This document shows positions 9,555 through 18,632 of a stretch of 64,000 bases of DNA, piece by piece (within the stretch, counting starts at the first letter, position 1; the number at the start of each line of letters is the position of its first letter). Position numbers and translations under genes: made by a program. The notes beneath the pieces are model-generated. The model worked only from the letters and a program-made list of their open reading frames with translations, was not told the DNA's origin and searched no databases. This stretch comes from a virus. The DNA lies in IMG/VR virus record IMGVR_UViG_3300025413_001393, positions 1-64,000 of that record. One strand, 5' to 3'.

Positions 9555-11030
9555 TTACAAGGGATAGAAATACTGTATATAATGATTTGTAACTGTTTGA
9601 TATATTGATGGTGAACGATTGTATTGATGAACAATGCTGTACAATGTATTATTTGAGTTACGGACTTTTCTGTTATGTTCTACATTATACAAATCGTTAA
9701 AAGTATCAGGATTGTGAATGCAAACATGGAGATTAATACAAAACGAATCGTGTATCGTTTTAATATCAATTTCATCTGTTAAAAATTGATCGTAATATAG
9801 AATTTTTTGTATGTACGGTTGATCAGCTCCAATCGAATCACTTGGAGATTGAAGTTGTTCTGTTAAAATTTTATCAATGAATTGTAGAAAAAGAGATACA
9901 GGACCTCCAATAACACCACCACAAATTATGTTATTGTGCTTAATAGCATCAAATAACTCATATCCATATATTCCAGCAAATGCATATTTGTTCCAATCTT
10001 CCTCTTGCAACTTAAAACTTTCAGAGCTAAATGTCAGTTTACTATTATCAAAAGAATCGAACGGATCAGATTGAAAGTACAAATCGTTGACATCAACGTG
10101 CAATGCAGTTTTATAGTGTGTATTAGCTTGTAAAAATCGTTTATAACAAGCAAAGCGATCAATAAACAAATTTTGTTTAGGAGTTGTATCATGGAATATT
10201 TTAATTCCGTGAGCTTCTAAATTTGAAACAAGTGCTTCTGGTGGTTCTGTATCTCCAACAACTAAAACTACATCGTATGAATGACCTGCGTATATCATAG
10301 AGCTCTTTACAAATGGAGCTAAATTATTGAAATCTGTATAATTTTGTATGTACCCAATTATAACTTTGTCTTTAATACTTTCTCTTGGAGATTTTACTAA
10401 CGGACATACAATTTGTTTGTAAATGTTATCGTTTACGTGTTGCAAATCCTTGACTTCAGCAAAATCAAAAAACTGATTAATGTTATTCTTTTGATCTTCT
10501 CTTAGCACGTAAATTGTTTTTAAACCATTGCCGTAGTTAGCACCATTAAAACCTCCACGAGAATGATTCTGAAAATCTGTATTGTATTTTACTTGGAAGT
10601 CAGCACCAATTTGATTGCATTTATAATTTTTTGCTTGCAGTCTGTAATACAAATCGTTATCTTCTCCTCCCCATCCCCAAAAATCATTTGAATAACCTCC
10701 TACGTCTAAAAACGTCTTGAGTTCCATCATGCAACTTCCATAATCACCTAAGTTAAAAAACACTTCGTTTGAAGGTGGAAATAACCATTCTCCTTCCGTT
10801 GGCCATATGTCCACATGATGAATATATACGTACTTGTAATTCATCTTACTTGCTTCAAGATAGAAACATATGGAGTTGCAACAAAGTCCAGCATTCCAAT
10901 CTCCACCTTGTTCAAGTTCGCATATTAAAATATCATATGTCAACTTTTGTTCATTAAAATATCTAGGACTATTATCTAAAAACCCAGCCAAGTGTTCTTC
11001 TCTGTTCCTATAAGGAACAACGATAAGCAT
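9555..11030 (-). CDS. Two-domain glycosyltransferase: GT7 (beta-1,4-galactosyltransferase-like) fused to a second GT-A domain
   Basis: N-domain IVVPYRNREEHL, HHVDIWP (DxD position), GGYSNDFWGWGGEDND. C-domain HVDVNDLYFQSDPF, FSSE, IICGGVIGG, ADQPY, HQY. Start moved to MLIVVPY (11030), just after the upstream stop; the ORF-track start (11132) overlaps the upstream gene. Confidence 0.8.
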   Translation of the reverse strand: MLIVVPYRNREEHLAGFLDNSPRYFNEQKLTYDILICELEQGGDWNAGLCCNSICFYLEASKMNYKYVYIHHVDIWPTEGEWLFPPSNEVFFNLGDYGSCMMELKTFLDVGGYSNDFWGWGGEDNDLYYRLQAKNYKCNQIGADFQVKYNTDFQNHSRGGFNGANYGNGLKTIYVLREDQKNNINQFFDFAEVKDLQHVNDNIYKQIVCPLVKSPRESIKDKVIIGYIQNYTDFNNLAPFVKSSMIYAGHSYDVVLVVGDTEPPEALVSNLEAHGIKIFHDTTPKQNLFIDRFACYKRFLQANTHYKTALHVDVNDLYFQSDPFDSFDNSKLTFSSESFKLQEEDWNKYAFAGIYGYELFDAIKHNNIICGGVIGGPVSLFLQFIDKILTEQLQSPSDSIGADQPYIQKILYYDQFLTDEIDIKTIHDSFCINLHVCIHNPDTFNDLYNVEHNRKVRNSNNTLYSIVHQYNRSPSIYQTVTNHYIQYFYPL

Positions 11031-11035
11031 GTCTT

Positions 11036-12265
11036 TTATATGCTGCTCAGCTTCCATATAGTATTTGTTAACCATTCTTTTGATTTGGAATACGGCCAGA
11101 TCATAAATGTTGCTGGTCGTTGAGCTGGACAATAGTAATTGAATTTAAATTCTCTTTGAAATATTTTTCCAGAAAAGTATTCAGGTTGTTCGTCATAAAG
11201 AACGTCTTCTCTATGTATTTCGTGATCGTTTTGATCTTTGAAAATGAAAGCCCAAAATTTAGGATCATCACATTTGTCTATTCTTGAAAAATCCCAAACG
11301 CCAACCTGATGATATGTTTTAATTTGAAAAGACCATTTGGTTGAATCAGTTAAATCAACAGGAGGTTCTTTACCATTAATTGTATCCAAATGTACAATAT
11401 TTCTTTTATAGTCAATACCACTATAATTTTGAAAATCTTCGAGCGTTCTTTCTTTTCCTAGGCCATATTTACCTAAATCGTGTTTATCTGATCTTCCAAG
11501 AAGACAATCCAATCTTTCTCTGCAAACATTACCATATTTGCCCCAGTTTTTGTCATCAGACCAATGTTTGCTTTCATCCTTGCGTTCGTAATAGTGATAA
11601 ACAATTGTTTTATGTGGAGCAAATAAATTATAACCGTGTGTAAAGAGTCTTACAGCTAATGCTGTCTCTTCTCCTGAAAAATAAAATTCTGGATCATATG
11701 GTACATCTTCTACGATTGAACCAGGTCCAAACAAAAATCCAGCTGCAATATGAAGTGCTCTGTATGGTGTAGTTCTCGTTTCAATGTCATCTGGAGTTTT
11801 TGGTCTTTGTTCCGTTTGTCTATCTCTAAAAGAATACACATTACATATATGAGGGATGTGCTTCCATTCACTTTCTGACTGGCTTGGTTGATATTCGGGA
11901 GGATAAGAAGACAGTATAGCTTTTGAATCGTTGAGATCTTTCCACATATTAACTAATACTTCGTCCCAATCTTGTATGAATCTCATGTGAGAATCAATCT
12001 GCAAAGTAAAATCTTCTTTGTTATATAGTTCGTTTGTTTTTGATCTAGCCCAACACGCCCCCTTGCTCTCAGTAAACGGAATTTTTACAGTCTTTATAGA
12101 ATCATTATCATCAAACTCTTCAAGAGAATTTACAATATCATGCTGATAACAAATACCAAATTTAAGTCGTTCGGGATGTTTTGCTCGAGATATGCAATGT
12201 CGGATAGTTGGAACTAATTCTGGATCCCTATAGGCTGCTATCTGAACAAAGATAGATTCCGACAT
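11036..12265 (-). CDS. GT60-like GlcNAc-transferase (Skp1-hydroxyproline GlcNAc-T / Gnt1 family) with C-terminal extension
   Basis: IFVQIAAYRDPEL, FGICYQ, GACWARS, LQIDSHMRF, ILSSYPP, AAGFLFG, PYDP..YFSGEE, RLFTHGY, HYYER. Confidence 0.85.
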   Translation of the reverse strand: MSESIFVQIAAYRDPELVPTIRHCISRAKHPERLKFGICYQHDIVNSLEEFDDNDSIKTVKIPFTESKGACWARSKTNELYNKEDFTLQIDSHMRFIQDWDEVLVNMWKDLNDSKAILSSYPPEYQPSQSESEWKHIPHICNVYSFRDRQTEQRPKTPDDIETRTTPYRALHIAAGFLFGPGSIVEDVPYDPEFYFSGEETALAVRLFTHGYNLFAPHKTIVYHYYERKDESKHWSDDKNWGKYGNVCRERLDCLLGRSDKHDLGKYGLGKERTLEDFQNYSGIDYKRNIVHLDTINGKEPPVDLTDSTKWSFQIKTYHQVGVWDFSRIDKCDDPKFWAFIFKDQNDHEIHREDVLYDEQPEYFSGKIFQREFKFNYYCPAQRPATFMIWPYSKSKEWLTNTIWKLSSI

Positions 12266-12269
12266 GAGC

Positions 12270-12569
12270 TTATTCCTTTACATCGTGCGCTAAAGCAGAA
12301 ATGTAACTCACAAGATCAATAGCTGTATCTCTTTTATAGCCTCCAGCAAAACGAGAATACTTTTGATCAATAAAAGTAGCTAACGCTATTGCTTTGCATG
12401 TTTCGTCTGTAACATCTTCTACTCCAGTGTACTTTCTAATAAGAGCTCGAGTCAAATGCCAGCAACCATCCTTGCCCCACGTATCAGCATATTGATCTCC
12501 ACGCTCTTGCATCGTCTTTGCAACTTCTTTAATTGTTGAAGTTGCTGAATTAATAAATTCGTTATTCAT
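12270..12569 (-). CDS. Small all-alpha protein, DUF6378 / nucleotide-modification-associated (Nmad1, MazG-like) type
   Basis: ERGDQYADTW...QKYSRF...DTAIDLVSY fits the R..xY(G)...K..R...D...DL.xY pattern. ATG 12569 overlaps the upstream TGA (ATGA). Confidence 0.55.
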   Translation of the reverse strand: MNNEFINSATSTIKEVAKTMQERGDQYADTWGKDGCWHLTRALIRKYTGVEDVTDETCKAIALATFIDQKYSRFAGGYKRDTAIDLVSYISALAHDVKE

Positions 12570-12835
12570 CGTCCCATCCAATTAATACCTGTCTGACAAG
12601 CTGTGACGTCAAAGTAAATAGCATGACCAACAGCATTGCCTTCATTGATTAGGAATCCTCTAAGCTTTCTAAGCTTTCCTTCAGAATAAGGTGTAGCCTT
12701 CTCTTCGATAACTTCTTTTGAGATATAATAATCTTTGCCAGCAAACTGCTTATTGATTGCATTGCGAAGATAATCAGTCAGATCTTCTTTACCTACTTGT
12801 TCTGGAGTTACGTGATAAATTACAGGTTTGCTCAT
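12566..12835 (-). CDS. Hypothetical protein
   Basis: 89-aa ORF in a tightly packed operon; TTGAAA-16-TAAATT upstream. Confidence 0.55.
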   Translation of the reverse strand: MSKPVIYHVTPEQVGKEDLTDYLRNAINKQFAGKDYYISKEVIEEKATPYSEGKLRKLRGFLINEGNAVGHAIYFDVTACQTGINWMGR

Positions 12836-12872
12836 GTATATAATTTAGAGCAATTATAATGTTTTTCAACAA

Positions 12873-13160
12873 TTAATACCAAAGGTCACCAGCTTGTTTT
12901 GAAATTGTTTGAATAATAGAAAGAGCTGACTTTGTTTTGTACTTTAAAGAGTCAAGTCTAGCTTTTCTAGCGTCAGTATGATTAACAGGATTTTGTTCTG
13001 CTGCTTTAATCATTCCTAAAATAGTATTCATTTTGGCATACGCTTCTGCAATCTGAGAATCAAAGTTTTCTAAAGGAAAAGGCATAGCCTTTTTAGACTT
13101 TGGAGCTAGAGCATCAGGATATTGGGTATTGTAAATACTATAGTCGGCGTAACTTCTCAC
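12873..13160 (-). CDS. Hypothetical protein
   Basis: 95-aa ORF, TAAATA upstream. Confidence 0.55.
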   Translation of the reverse strand: MRSYADYSIYNTQYPDALAPKSKKAMPFPLENFDSQIAEAYAKMNTILGMIKAAEQNPVNHTDARKARLDSLKYKTKSALSIIQTISKQAGDLWY

Positions 13161-13168
13161 ATTATTAT

Positions 13169-13609
13169 TTAATCTCTTACTTTAAACTCTACAGAGTCTC
13201 CTTCAAGTAAAGGAATTTTTACGCTTTCAATTGGAGTTGTTAGAGTTGCAGCTGTAAATTGCATATGAACACTGTTGCTTTGTTTGCAATTATCGCACTT
13301 AAATGTATTTCTTTGATTTAATTGAATAGGAACATTGTTGTTATGTTTGCAATAAGCACAACTAAGCTTAACAGTAAATTTAGAAAGTTGTTCAAGTGCC
13401 TGAACATCTATTTGTTGTTGTTTGTAATAATCTTTTTGAATTAGATACGAATTCCAACCGACAAAGATAATAACTTGAACCAAGAAAGATATTGAAAACC
13501 AACTCCAAAAAGGTCCATGAATATTATATCCTGCTAAACCTATTAGCGTTGAAATTAATACAGTTAATGCTAGTGATATTCCGATTATTATATATTCAGC
13601 GTATTTCAT
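13169..13609 (-). CDS. Membrane protein with Zn-ribbon
   Basis: Two hydrophobic N-terminal segments; CAYC...CDNC. Confidence 0.6.
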   Translation of the reverse strand: MKYAEYIIIGISLALTVLISTLIGLAGYNIHGPFWSWFSISFLVQVIIFVGWNSYLIQKDYYKQQQIDVQALEQLSKFTVKLSCAYCKHNNNVPIQLNQRNTFKCDNCKQSNSVHMQFTAATLTTPIESVKIPLLEGDSVEFKVRD

Positions 13610-13823
13610 TTGTTAGTACTTTATTATAAAGAGTATCTGTTGCAATATCAACATATTTAAGAAGGTCTAAAGGCTTGAGATCAAAGCTATCAAAATTAAT
13701 AGACTTCTCATCGCATTTATCTCCAATAATATCTACTGCATCTTTTAGAGCTGCCCATCGGCAAAGTTCATAAAGGCTCATTGTGTTAATATTGACGTTG
13801 TTTTGATTTTTAGTATGTTTCAT
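13596..13823 (-). CDS. Hypothetical protein
   Basis: 75-aa ORF overlapping its neighbour by 14 nt. Confidence 0.55.
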   Translation of the reverse strand: MKHTKNQNNVNINTMSLYELCRWAALKDAVDIIGDKCDEKSINFDSFDLKPLDLLKYVDIATDTLYNKVLTNEIR

Positions 13824-13828
13824 CGACC

Positions 13829-14134
13829 CTACAATACCTTTTTGCCAAAGGACAAGTCAAGATTTTTATCAGAATATTTTGAAAATTCAAGAGCCTCTCT
13901 GTAAACCTCTTCAGGAACAGGATCCACAAACTCCAAAATTCCCTTTTTAACAGCTTTAGTAAAGTCTTCGAGTGTCAAATAAAACGGATCAGCTCCAGGC
14001 AAATACAAAAATTTATAACAAGTATCTAAAGACTCGACAAACAACAAAAAATCTCCAGCTCGTTCAGAAGTATAAGCATACAGACCTTTTGATATTGGCT
14101 GAAGACTTAATTGATCCTGCTTCTTGTTAAACAT
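13829..14134 (-). CDS. Hypothetical protein
   Basis: 101-aa ORF directly after a sigma70-like promoter. Confidence 0.55.
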   Translation of the reverse strand: MFNKKQDQLSLQPISKGLYAYTSERAGDFLLFVESLDTCYKFLYLPGADPFYLTLEDFTKAVKKGILEFVDPVPEEVYREALEFSKYSDKNLDLSFGKKVL

Positions 14135-14142
14135 GCAGAATT

Positions 14143-14171
14143 ATCTTAATAAGGTACTTAGCAATATTCAA
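14143..14171 (-). promoter_or_regulatory. Sigma70-like promoter TTGAAT-N17-TAAGAT
   Basis: -35 at 14166-14171, -10 at 14143-14148, 8 nt before the ATG at 14134. Same architecture at 46072-46100. Confidence 0.6.
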
Positions 14172-14202
14172 GACAGAAACTGTAGTTTATTCGTGCAAAC
14201 AA

Positions 14203-14210
14203 TATAAATA
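14203..14210 (+). promoter_or_regulatory. T4-like late promoter TATAAATA of the portal gene
   Basis: Exact consensus 10 nt before ATG 14221, back-to-back with the leftward sigma70-like promoter. Confidence 0.75.
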
Positions 14211-14220
14211 ACTTAAAGAC

Positions 14221-16128
14221 ATGATATACAGAGCATATAGCAGTAACGGAGGAGTTCCGGGTTCAGGACAAGCTGGAGTGCAACAACAAGCATATCCTTC
14301 AACGACACTCTTAGGAGCTTTTGCTTCAAGACTGCCTTACGCATATCAGATCATCGATGCGATGATCCGAAATAATCCTAAGTATTATAAGTTTAAAAAC
14401 GAAGCATCTCTTAGAGATGAGATGTTGCAGGATCAATCTGTTTTCCTTGCTCAAAATCCAAATCAAGACAATTACGGGACAGGAACACCTGGTAACTTTG
14501 CTATCAATAAAGACTATCAGGCTTTCATGTATGCAAGTCTGGACAAAGATAAAAACAGACGCTTGCAAGATTATCGCAGAATGGCATCATATGCCGAGCT
14601 TGCTGATTGCTTAGATGAAATTTGTGATGAGTGTATCGTATATGATGATGAAAACAATATTGTCGATTTTAAGCTAAAAGGAAACTATACAAAAACTGTT
14701 CAAGACATTATCACAGCAGAATTTCGTTCGTTTATTGAGATCTTTGATCTTGAAAACACTGGTTGGGAAAAATTCAGAGACATTCTTATTGATGGAGAGC
14801 TTTTCTTTGAAAATCTAATCAAAGAAGGCAGAGAAGACCTCGGAATTATAGGATTAATGTCAATACCTTGTGAGTTTATTAATCCTGTTTATCACAATGT
14901 GCAGAACGAACTGCTTAAAGGTTTCTTGCTCAACAAGCCTGTTATAGGACCGACAGAATCTATCAATACAGAAGATCAAAGCGAGTTGATGTTTTTGCAA
15001 AAAGCTCAAGTTTCTTACGTAAATTCTGGTATCTGGAACGAATTCAGAACAATAAGACTTCCATTTATTGAAAATGCAAAAAGAGCTTATAGACAACTAT
15101 CACTCATTGAAGATTCTGTTGTCATTTACCGTCTTGTAAGAGCTCCGGAGCGTCTTGTGTTCAAGGTTTATACAGGCAACATGCCTCCTCCAAAGGCCGA
15201 ATCTCATATCAAAGGAATGATGATGAAGTATTGGTCCAAAAAGACTTTCAACAGTGCAAATGGTCAAGTAGCAAACGTTTATGATCCTCAGTCGATGCTA
15301 GATGCATATTGGTTCCCTGTCGATCAGCAAGGTAAAGGTACAGATGTATCAACTCTTCCATCTGGTGGAGCTCTTGGCGAAATTAAAGATCTCGATTACT
15401 TCCTGACTAAGTTGTATACAAGCTTAAAAGTTCCAGTGTCTCGCTTCTTAAAGCAAGATGTTACATTTGTTGATGGCAAAGAAATTACAAGAGAAGAACT
15501 AAGATTTGCTAGATTTATTATTCGTCTTCAAGCTCAGTTTGCATCTGGTATTAAGAATACTTTCATCACTCACTTGAAGCTTAAAGGCTATTGGTCCAAG
15601 TATAAGATCAAAGAATCAGCAATCAAAGTTCGTTTCCATGAACCCACATCATTCATGGCAATGCGCAATCAAGAGTTGTTGCAACTTAAGTTTGATAACT
15701 ACAATACAGCTACGCAGTCCGAAGCAATGTCAAAATCATATGCTCAGAAATATTATCTGAATATGACTGCAGAGCACATGAAAGAGAATAGAGAATGGCT
15801 TAGAAAAGATGCAGCTCTTTCGTGGGAACTTGATCAGATTAAGTCAATGGGTCCAAACTTTAGAGAACAAATTGCTCTTCAACAAGGTAATGCAGGAGCT
15901 GGCGGAGGAGAGGCCGGTGGAGGCGAAGCTGGAGGTGGCTTACTTGGCGGTGGAGGTGGCGGCGGTGGAGGAGCTGAAGAAATTCCAAGCTTTGGAGGCG
16001 CAGCAGCACCAGAAGCTGGAGGAACTGAAGCTGGAGCCCCTGCACCAGAAGCTGGAGGAGCTGAAGCTGCCCCAGCACCAGAGGCTGGAGGAGCACCACC
16101 TGAAGCAGCTCCTATGCCTCCAGTTTAA
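14221..16128 (+). CDS. gp20: Portal protein (T4 gp20 family)
   Basis: LQDYRRMA, LDEICDE, IDGELFF, NAKRAYRQLSLIEDSVVIYRLVRAPERLVFKVYTGNMPPPKAE, GTDVSTLPSG, LKVPVSRF, ITREELRFARFIIRLQ. Confidence 0.97.
   Translation: MIYRAYSSNGGVPGSGQAGVQQQAYPSTTLLGAFASRLPYAYQIIDAMIRNNPKYYKFKNEASLRDEMLQDQSVFLAQNPNQDNYGTGTPGNFAINKDYQAFMYASLDKDKNRRLQDYRRMASYAELADCLDEICDECIVYDDENNIVDFKLKGNYTKTVQDIITAEFRSFIEIFDLENTGWEKFRDILIDGELFFENLIKEGREDLGIIGLMSIPCEFINPVYHNVQNELLKGFLLNKPVIGPTESINTEDQSELMFLQKAQVSYVNSGIWNEFRTIRLPFIENAKRAYRQLSLIEDSVVIYRLVRAPERLVFKVYTGNMPPPKAESHIKGMMMKYWSKKTFNSANGQVANVYDPQSMLDAYWFPVDQQGKGTDVSTLPSGGALGEIKDLDYFLTKLYTSLKVPVSRFLKQDVTFVDGKEITREELRFARFIIRLQAQFASGIKNTFITHLKLKGYWSKYKIKESAIKVRFHEPTSFMAMRNQELLQLKFDNYNTATQSEAMSKSYAQKYYLNMTAEHMKENREWLRKDAALSWELDQIKSMGPNFREQIALQQGNAGAGGGEAGGGEAGGGLLGGGGGGGGGAEEIPSFGGAAAPEAGGTEAGAPAPEAGGAEAAPAPEAGGAPPEAAPMPPV
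16006..16092 (+). repeat. Three copies of GCACCAGARGCTGGAGGA (APEAGG) in the low-complexity portal tail
   Basis: Copies start at 16006, 16042 and 16075 within a GC-rich Gly/Ala/Glu/Pro stretch. Confidence 0.9.
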
Positions 16129-16140
16129 TAAGTAATATAT

Positions 16141-17049
16141 ATGTCAGTATTTCCTCAAGGCTATAAAGGTGGAACCAATTATAACACCTCAGTTGTTACG
16201 TACGATGATCTGTCTTTAAGAATACAAAGACAACTTGGTGCTCCTCTTATCAATCTCGAAGTAAGTGATGAGCAAATATACGATTATATTACAGACTCAA
16301 TTGAGTATTTTACAAAATGGGCTGGTTATACAGAAGAATATTTAGTATTTGATTCAAAAGTATATATTCAAGGTTATGGTATTGACGTTTACAAACTTGT
16401 AAATGCTACTCCAGAACTTGGAGGTGTTGGAGTGTCAAGTCATATTGACGGATTAGTAGAATATCCTGCAATAAGTGCTACTCCTTCTTTGTCAGCTGCT
16501 ATTGATACTGATCTAGGGTCTCTGAGAAGAGTTATCGATTGCTTTGAATTCTCAAAAGGAGAAGATACTGGTATTAATACTTTGTTTACTCTTGAGCAAG
16601 CTATGGCTCAACAAATTTATTCGTCATATATGATTGGTAATTTTGGATTTGATCTTACAACCTGGGAAGTATTAAAAGACTTTATTAAGATTAGAAACAA
16701 AGTTCTTGCTATGACTCCTCAGTTTAGATTTGATCCAAGAACTCAAGTTTTAAAAATTCTTCCTGAACCTCAAAAGACAAATACATATCTTGGTGTTGTT
16801 GGTTGTTATATTGAAAGACCAGTCAAAGATTTAATTCGCGAAAGATGGGTTCAAAAGTATGCTCTTGCTTTAACAAAAATTGGTATTGCAAGAACTCGTG
16901 AAAAGTTTACTGGTACTGCTCTTATGGGTGGAGGCAATGTGAACTATTCAGCATTGTTAGCTGAAGGATTAGACGAAAAGAAAACCTTAGAACAAGAACT
17001 GATGAACGAACATCAAGATTCTGCTCCTTCGATGTTCTTTATCGGGTGA
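16141..17049 (+). CDS. gp13: Neck protein (T4 gp13 family)
   Basis: RQLGAPLINLEVSDEQI, WVQKYALALTK, GTALMGGGNVN, C-terminal MFFIG. Confidence 0.9.
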   Translation: MSVFPQGYKGGTNYNTSVVTYDDLSLRIQRQLGAPLINLEVSDEQIYDYITDSIEYFTKWAGYTEEYLVFDSKVYIQGYGIDVYKLVNATPELGGVGVSSHIDGLVEYPAISATPSLSAAIDTDLGSLRRVIDCFEFSKGEDTGINTLFTLEQAMAQQIYSSYMIGNFGFDLTTWEVLKDFIKIRNKVLAMTPQFRFDPRTQVLKILPEPQKTNTYLGVVGCYIERPVKDLIRERWVQKYALALTKIGIARTREKFTGTALMGGGNVNYSALLAEGLDEKKTLEQELMNEHQDSAPSMFFIG

Positions 17050-17082
17050 CTTTTCAACGGGTTACGTATAAGTACTCTCATA

Positions 17083-18186
17083 ATGAGAGCTTATATTAAT
17101 CCCTTTACGCGCTATAAAAAATTTAGAGAACTTTATACTCAAAAAATTTTAAAAGAAATAATCGACTTGTTTTGTGTACACAATACAGTTAAAAGAGTTT
17201 CAATGCTCACTGGAAGGTCAGAAGAAACGGTTAAGAAAATACTTCTAGCAAACGGAATAACTCCTCCAACTAAAGAGCAATCTTACTATAGGCGTGTCGG
17301 GTTAAGTGAAGAAATCCTCAAACCAAGCAATCAACAAAAAATTGTTCAACAATACAAAAATGGTATTTCCACTATTAATATTTCTAAACAATACAACGTA
17401 CACCCCTCTACAATTAGAGATATTATAAGAAAACATGGAGCTCAACGCGGCATACCAAATTATACATTAAATCTAGAAGCTAATAAAAAAAGCATTTTAA
17501 ATCTATATAAAGGTAAAAAGTCTTTTGTTGAAATAGGAGCTTTGTATAATTGTTCTCCACGTTCTGTTGCGTTGTTTGTAAGAAAACATACGGGAGAACA
17601 ACCAAGAAAGAAATCTGAGGATCCAATTCCTTTAGAAGATATAGAAAAAATTAACAAACTCCATAACGAACAAGGAATGACAATGAAAGAAATAGGAAAA
17701 CAATATGGTTGCACTTTTCCTTGTGTTGGGGACTTTTTTAATAAGCATAATATACCTCGCCGCAGCAAAAGCGAAGCAATTCGTCTAAAAAATTATGAAG
17801 AAACAAATATGCTCAATAAGCTGCGACTGAGAGCCAAATTAAAGGAAGTGGTTCTTCCATCAGGGAAGATAGTTAAGGTCCAAGGATTTGAAGATTCTTT
17901 TTTAAGGTTTGTTTTCGATAAAAATTTATTAAACGAGGAAGATATAGACTTCAACCCCAAAATTATTCCATATGTCCAAAATAGTATACAACGTAAATAT
18001 ATTCCGGATTTTTTTATTCCAAAACTTAACGCCATTATAGAAGTTAAGAGTTGGTGGACTATACAAAAACAAGGAAAAGAAAACCTTTTATGTAAACAAA
18101 AAGCTGTTGAAGATAAAGGTTATATTTTTTGTTTAGTGCTTGATAATAACTTCGACTCATTTTTATCTTTGTTAAACAATAAATAG
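17083..18186 (+). CDS. HTH-repeat protein with C-terminal PD-(D/E)XK nuclease; probable free-standing homing endonuclease
   Basis: Several HTH-like units (GISTINISKQYNVHPSTIRDII; MTMKEIGKQYGCT), then KVQGFE...YIPDFFIP...IIEVKSWWT. Confidence 0.7.
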   Translation: MRAYINPFTRYKKFRELYTQKILKEIIDLFCVHNTVKRVSMLTGRSEETVKKILLANGITPPTKEQSYYRRVGLSEEILKPSNQQKIVQQYKNGISTINISKQYNVHPSTIRDIIRKHGAQRGIPNYTLNLEANKKSILNLYKGKKSFVEIGALYNCSPRSVALFVRKHTGEQPRKKSEDPIPLEDIEKINKLHNEQGMTMKEIGKQYGCTFPCVGDFFNKHNIPRRSKSEAIRLKNYEETNMLNKLRLRAKLKEVVLPSGKIVKVQGFEDSFLRFVFDKNLLNEEDIDFNPKIIPYVQNSIQRKYIPDFFIPKLNAIIEVKSWWTIQKQGKENLLCKQKAVEDKGYIFCLVLDNNFDSFLSLLNNK

Positions 18187-18190
18187 AGTT

Positions 18191-18478
18191 ATGGACTTTA
18201 AATTATTAGTTGAAGAATTACTTTTAGAAATTGATAAGAGCAAGATGCCTTGTAACAAACCTCGTCGCATACGCAAAGGGGAACCTGGTGCCGGTACAAA
18301 AAAATTTGTTGTCAAAGCTTGTGAAAACGGAAAAGAAAAAGTTCTTCGCTACGGAGATGCTCATTTAAAGATTAAAAAGAGTTTACCAAAGCACAGAAAA
18401 GCCTTCAGAGCTCGTCATAAATGCGATCAGCATCATTCTAAACTTACAAGACAGTACTGGGCATGCAAAGCATGGTAA
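18191..18478 (+). CDS. Small basic Cys-containing late protein (DUF6321-like)
   Basis: KKFVVKACENGKEKVLRYGD...RKAFRARHKCD...YWACKAW; AATAAATA at 18178-18185. Confidence 0.7.
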   Translation: MDFKLLVEELLLEIDKSKMPCNKPRRIRKGEPGAGTKKFVVKACENGKEKVLRYGDAHLKIKKSLPKHRKAFRARHKCDQHHSKLTRQYWACKAW

Positions 18479-18479
18479 T

Positions 18480-18632
18480 ATGGAATCTTTCCAACAGTTT
18501 TTTACGGAACAAAAAGTAAAGCGAGATCGTTGCTTATGTAAAGCTGATCAAGTATATGGAAAGAAAACATCTGCTTATAAATCTGGTGCTGTTGTCAAAT
18601 GCAGACAAGGTAAAATTTGGAAAAAGAAATGA
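18480..18632 (+). CDS. 50-aa basic Cys-containing protein (missing from ORF track)
   Basis: MESFQQFFTEQKVKRDRCLCKADQVYGKKTSAYKSGAVVKCRQGKIWKKK; starts 1 nt after the upstream stop, ATGA overlap with the next gene. Confidence 0.75.
   Translation: MESFQQFFTEQKVKRDRCLCKADQVYGKKTSAYKSGAVVKCRQGKIWKKK

Noticed and set aside
15809-16135. Alternative-frame and antisense ORFs over the portal tail (also 15860-16099)
   Set aside because: By-products of GC-rich low-complexity sequence that lacks stops.
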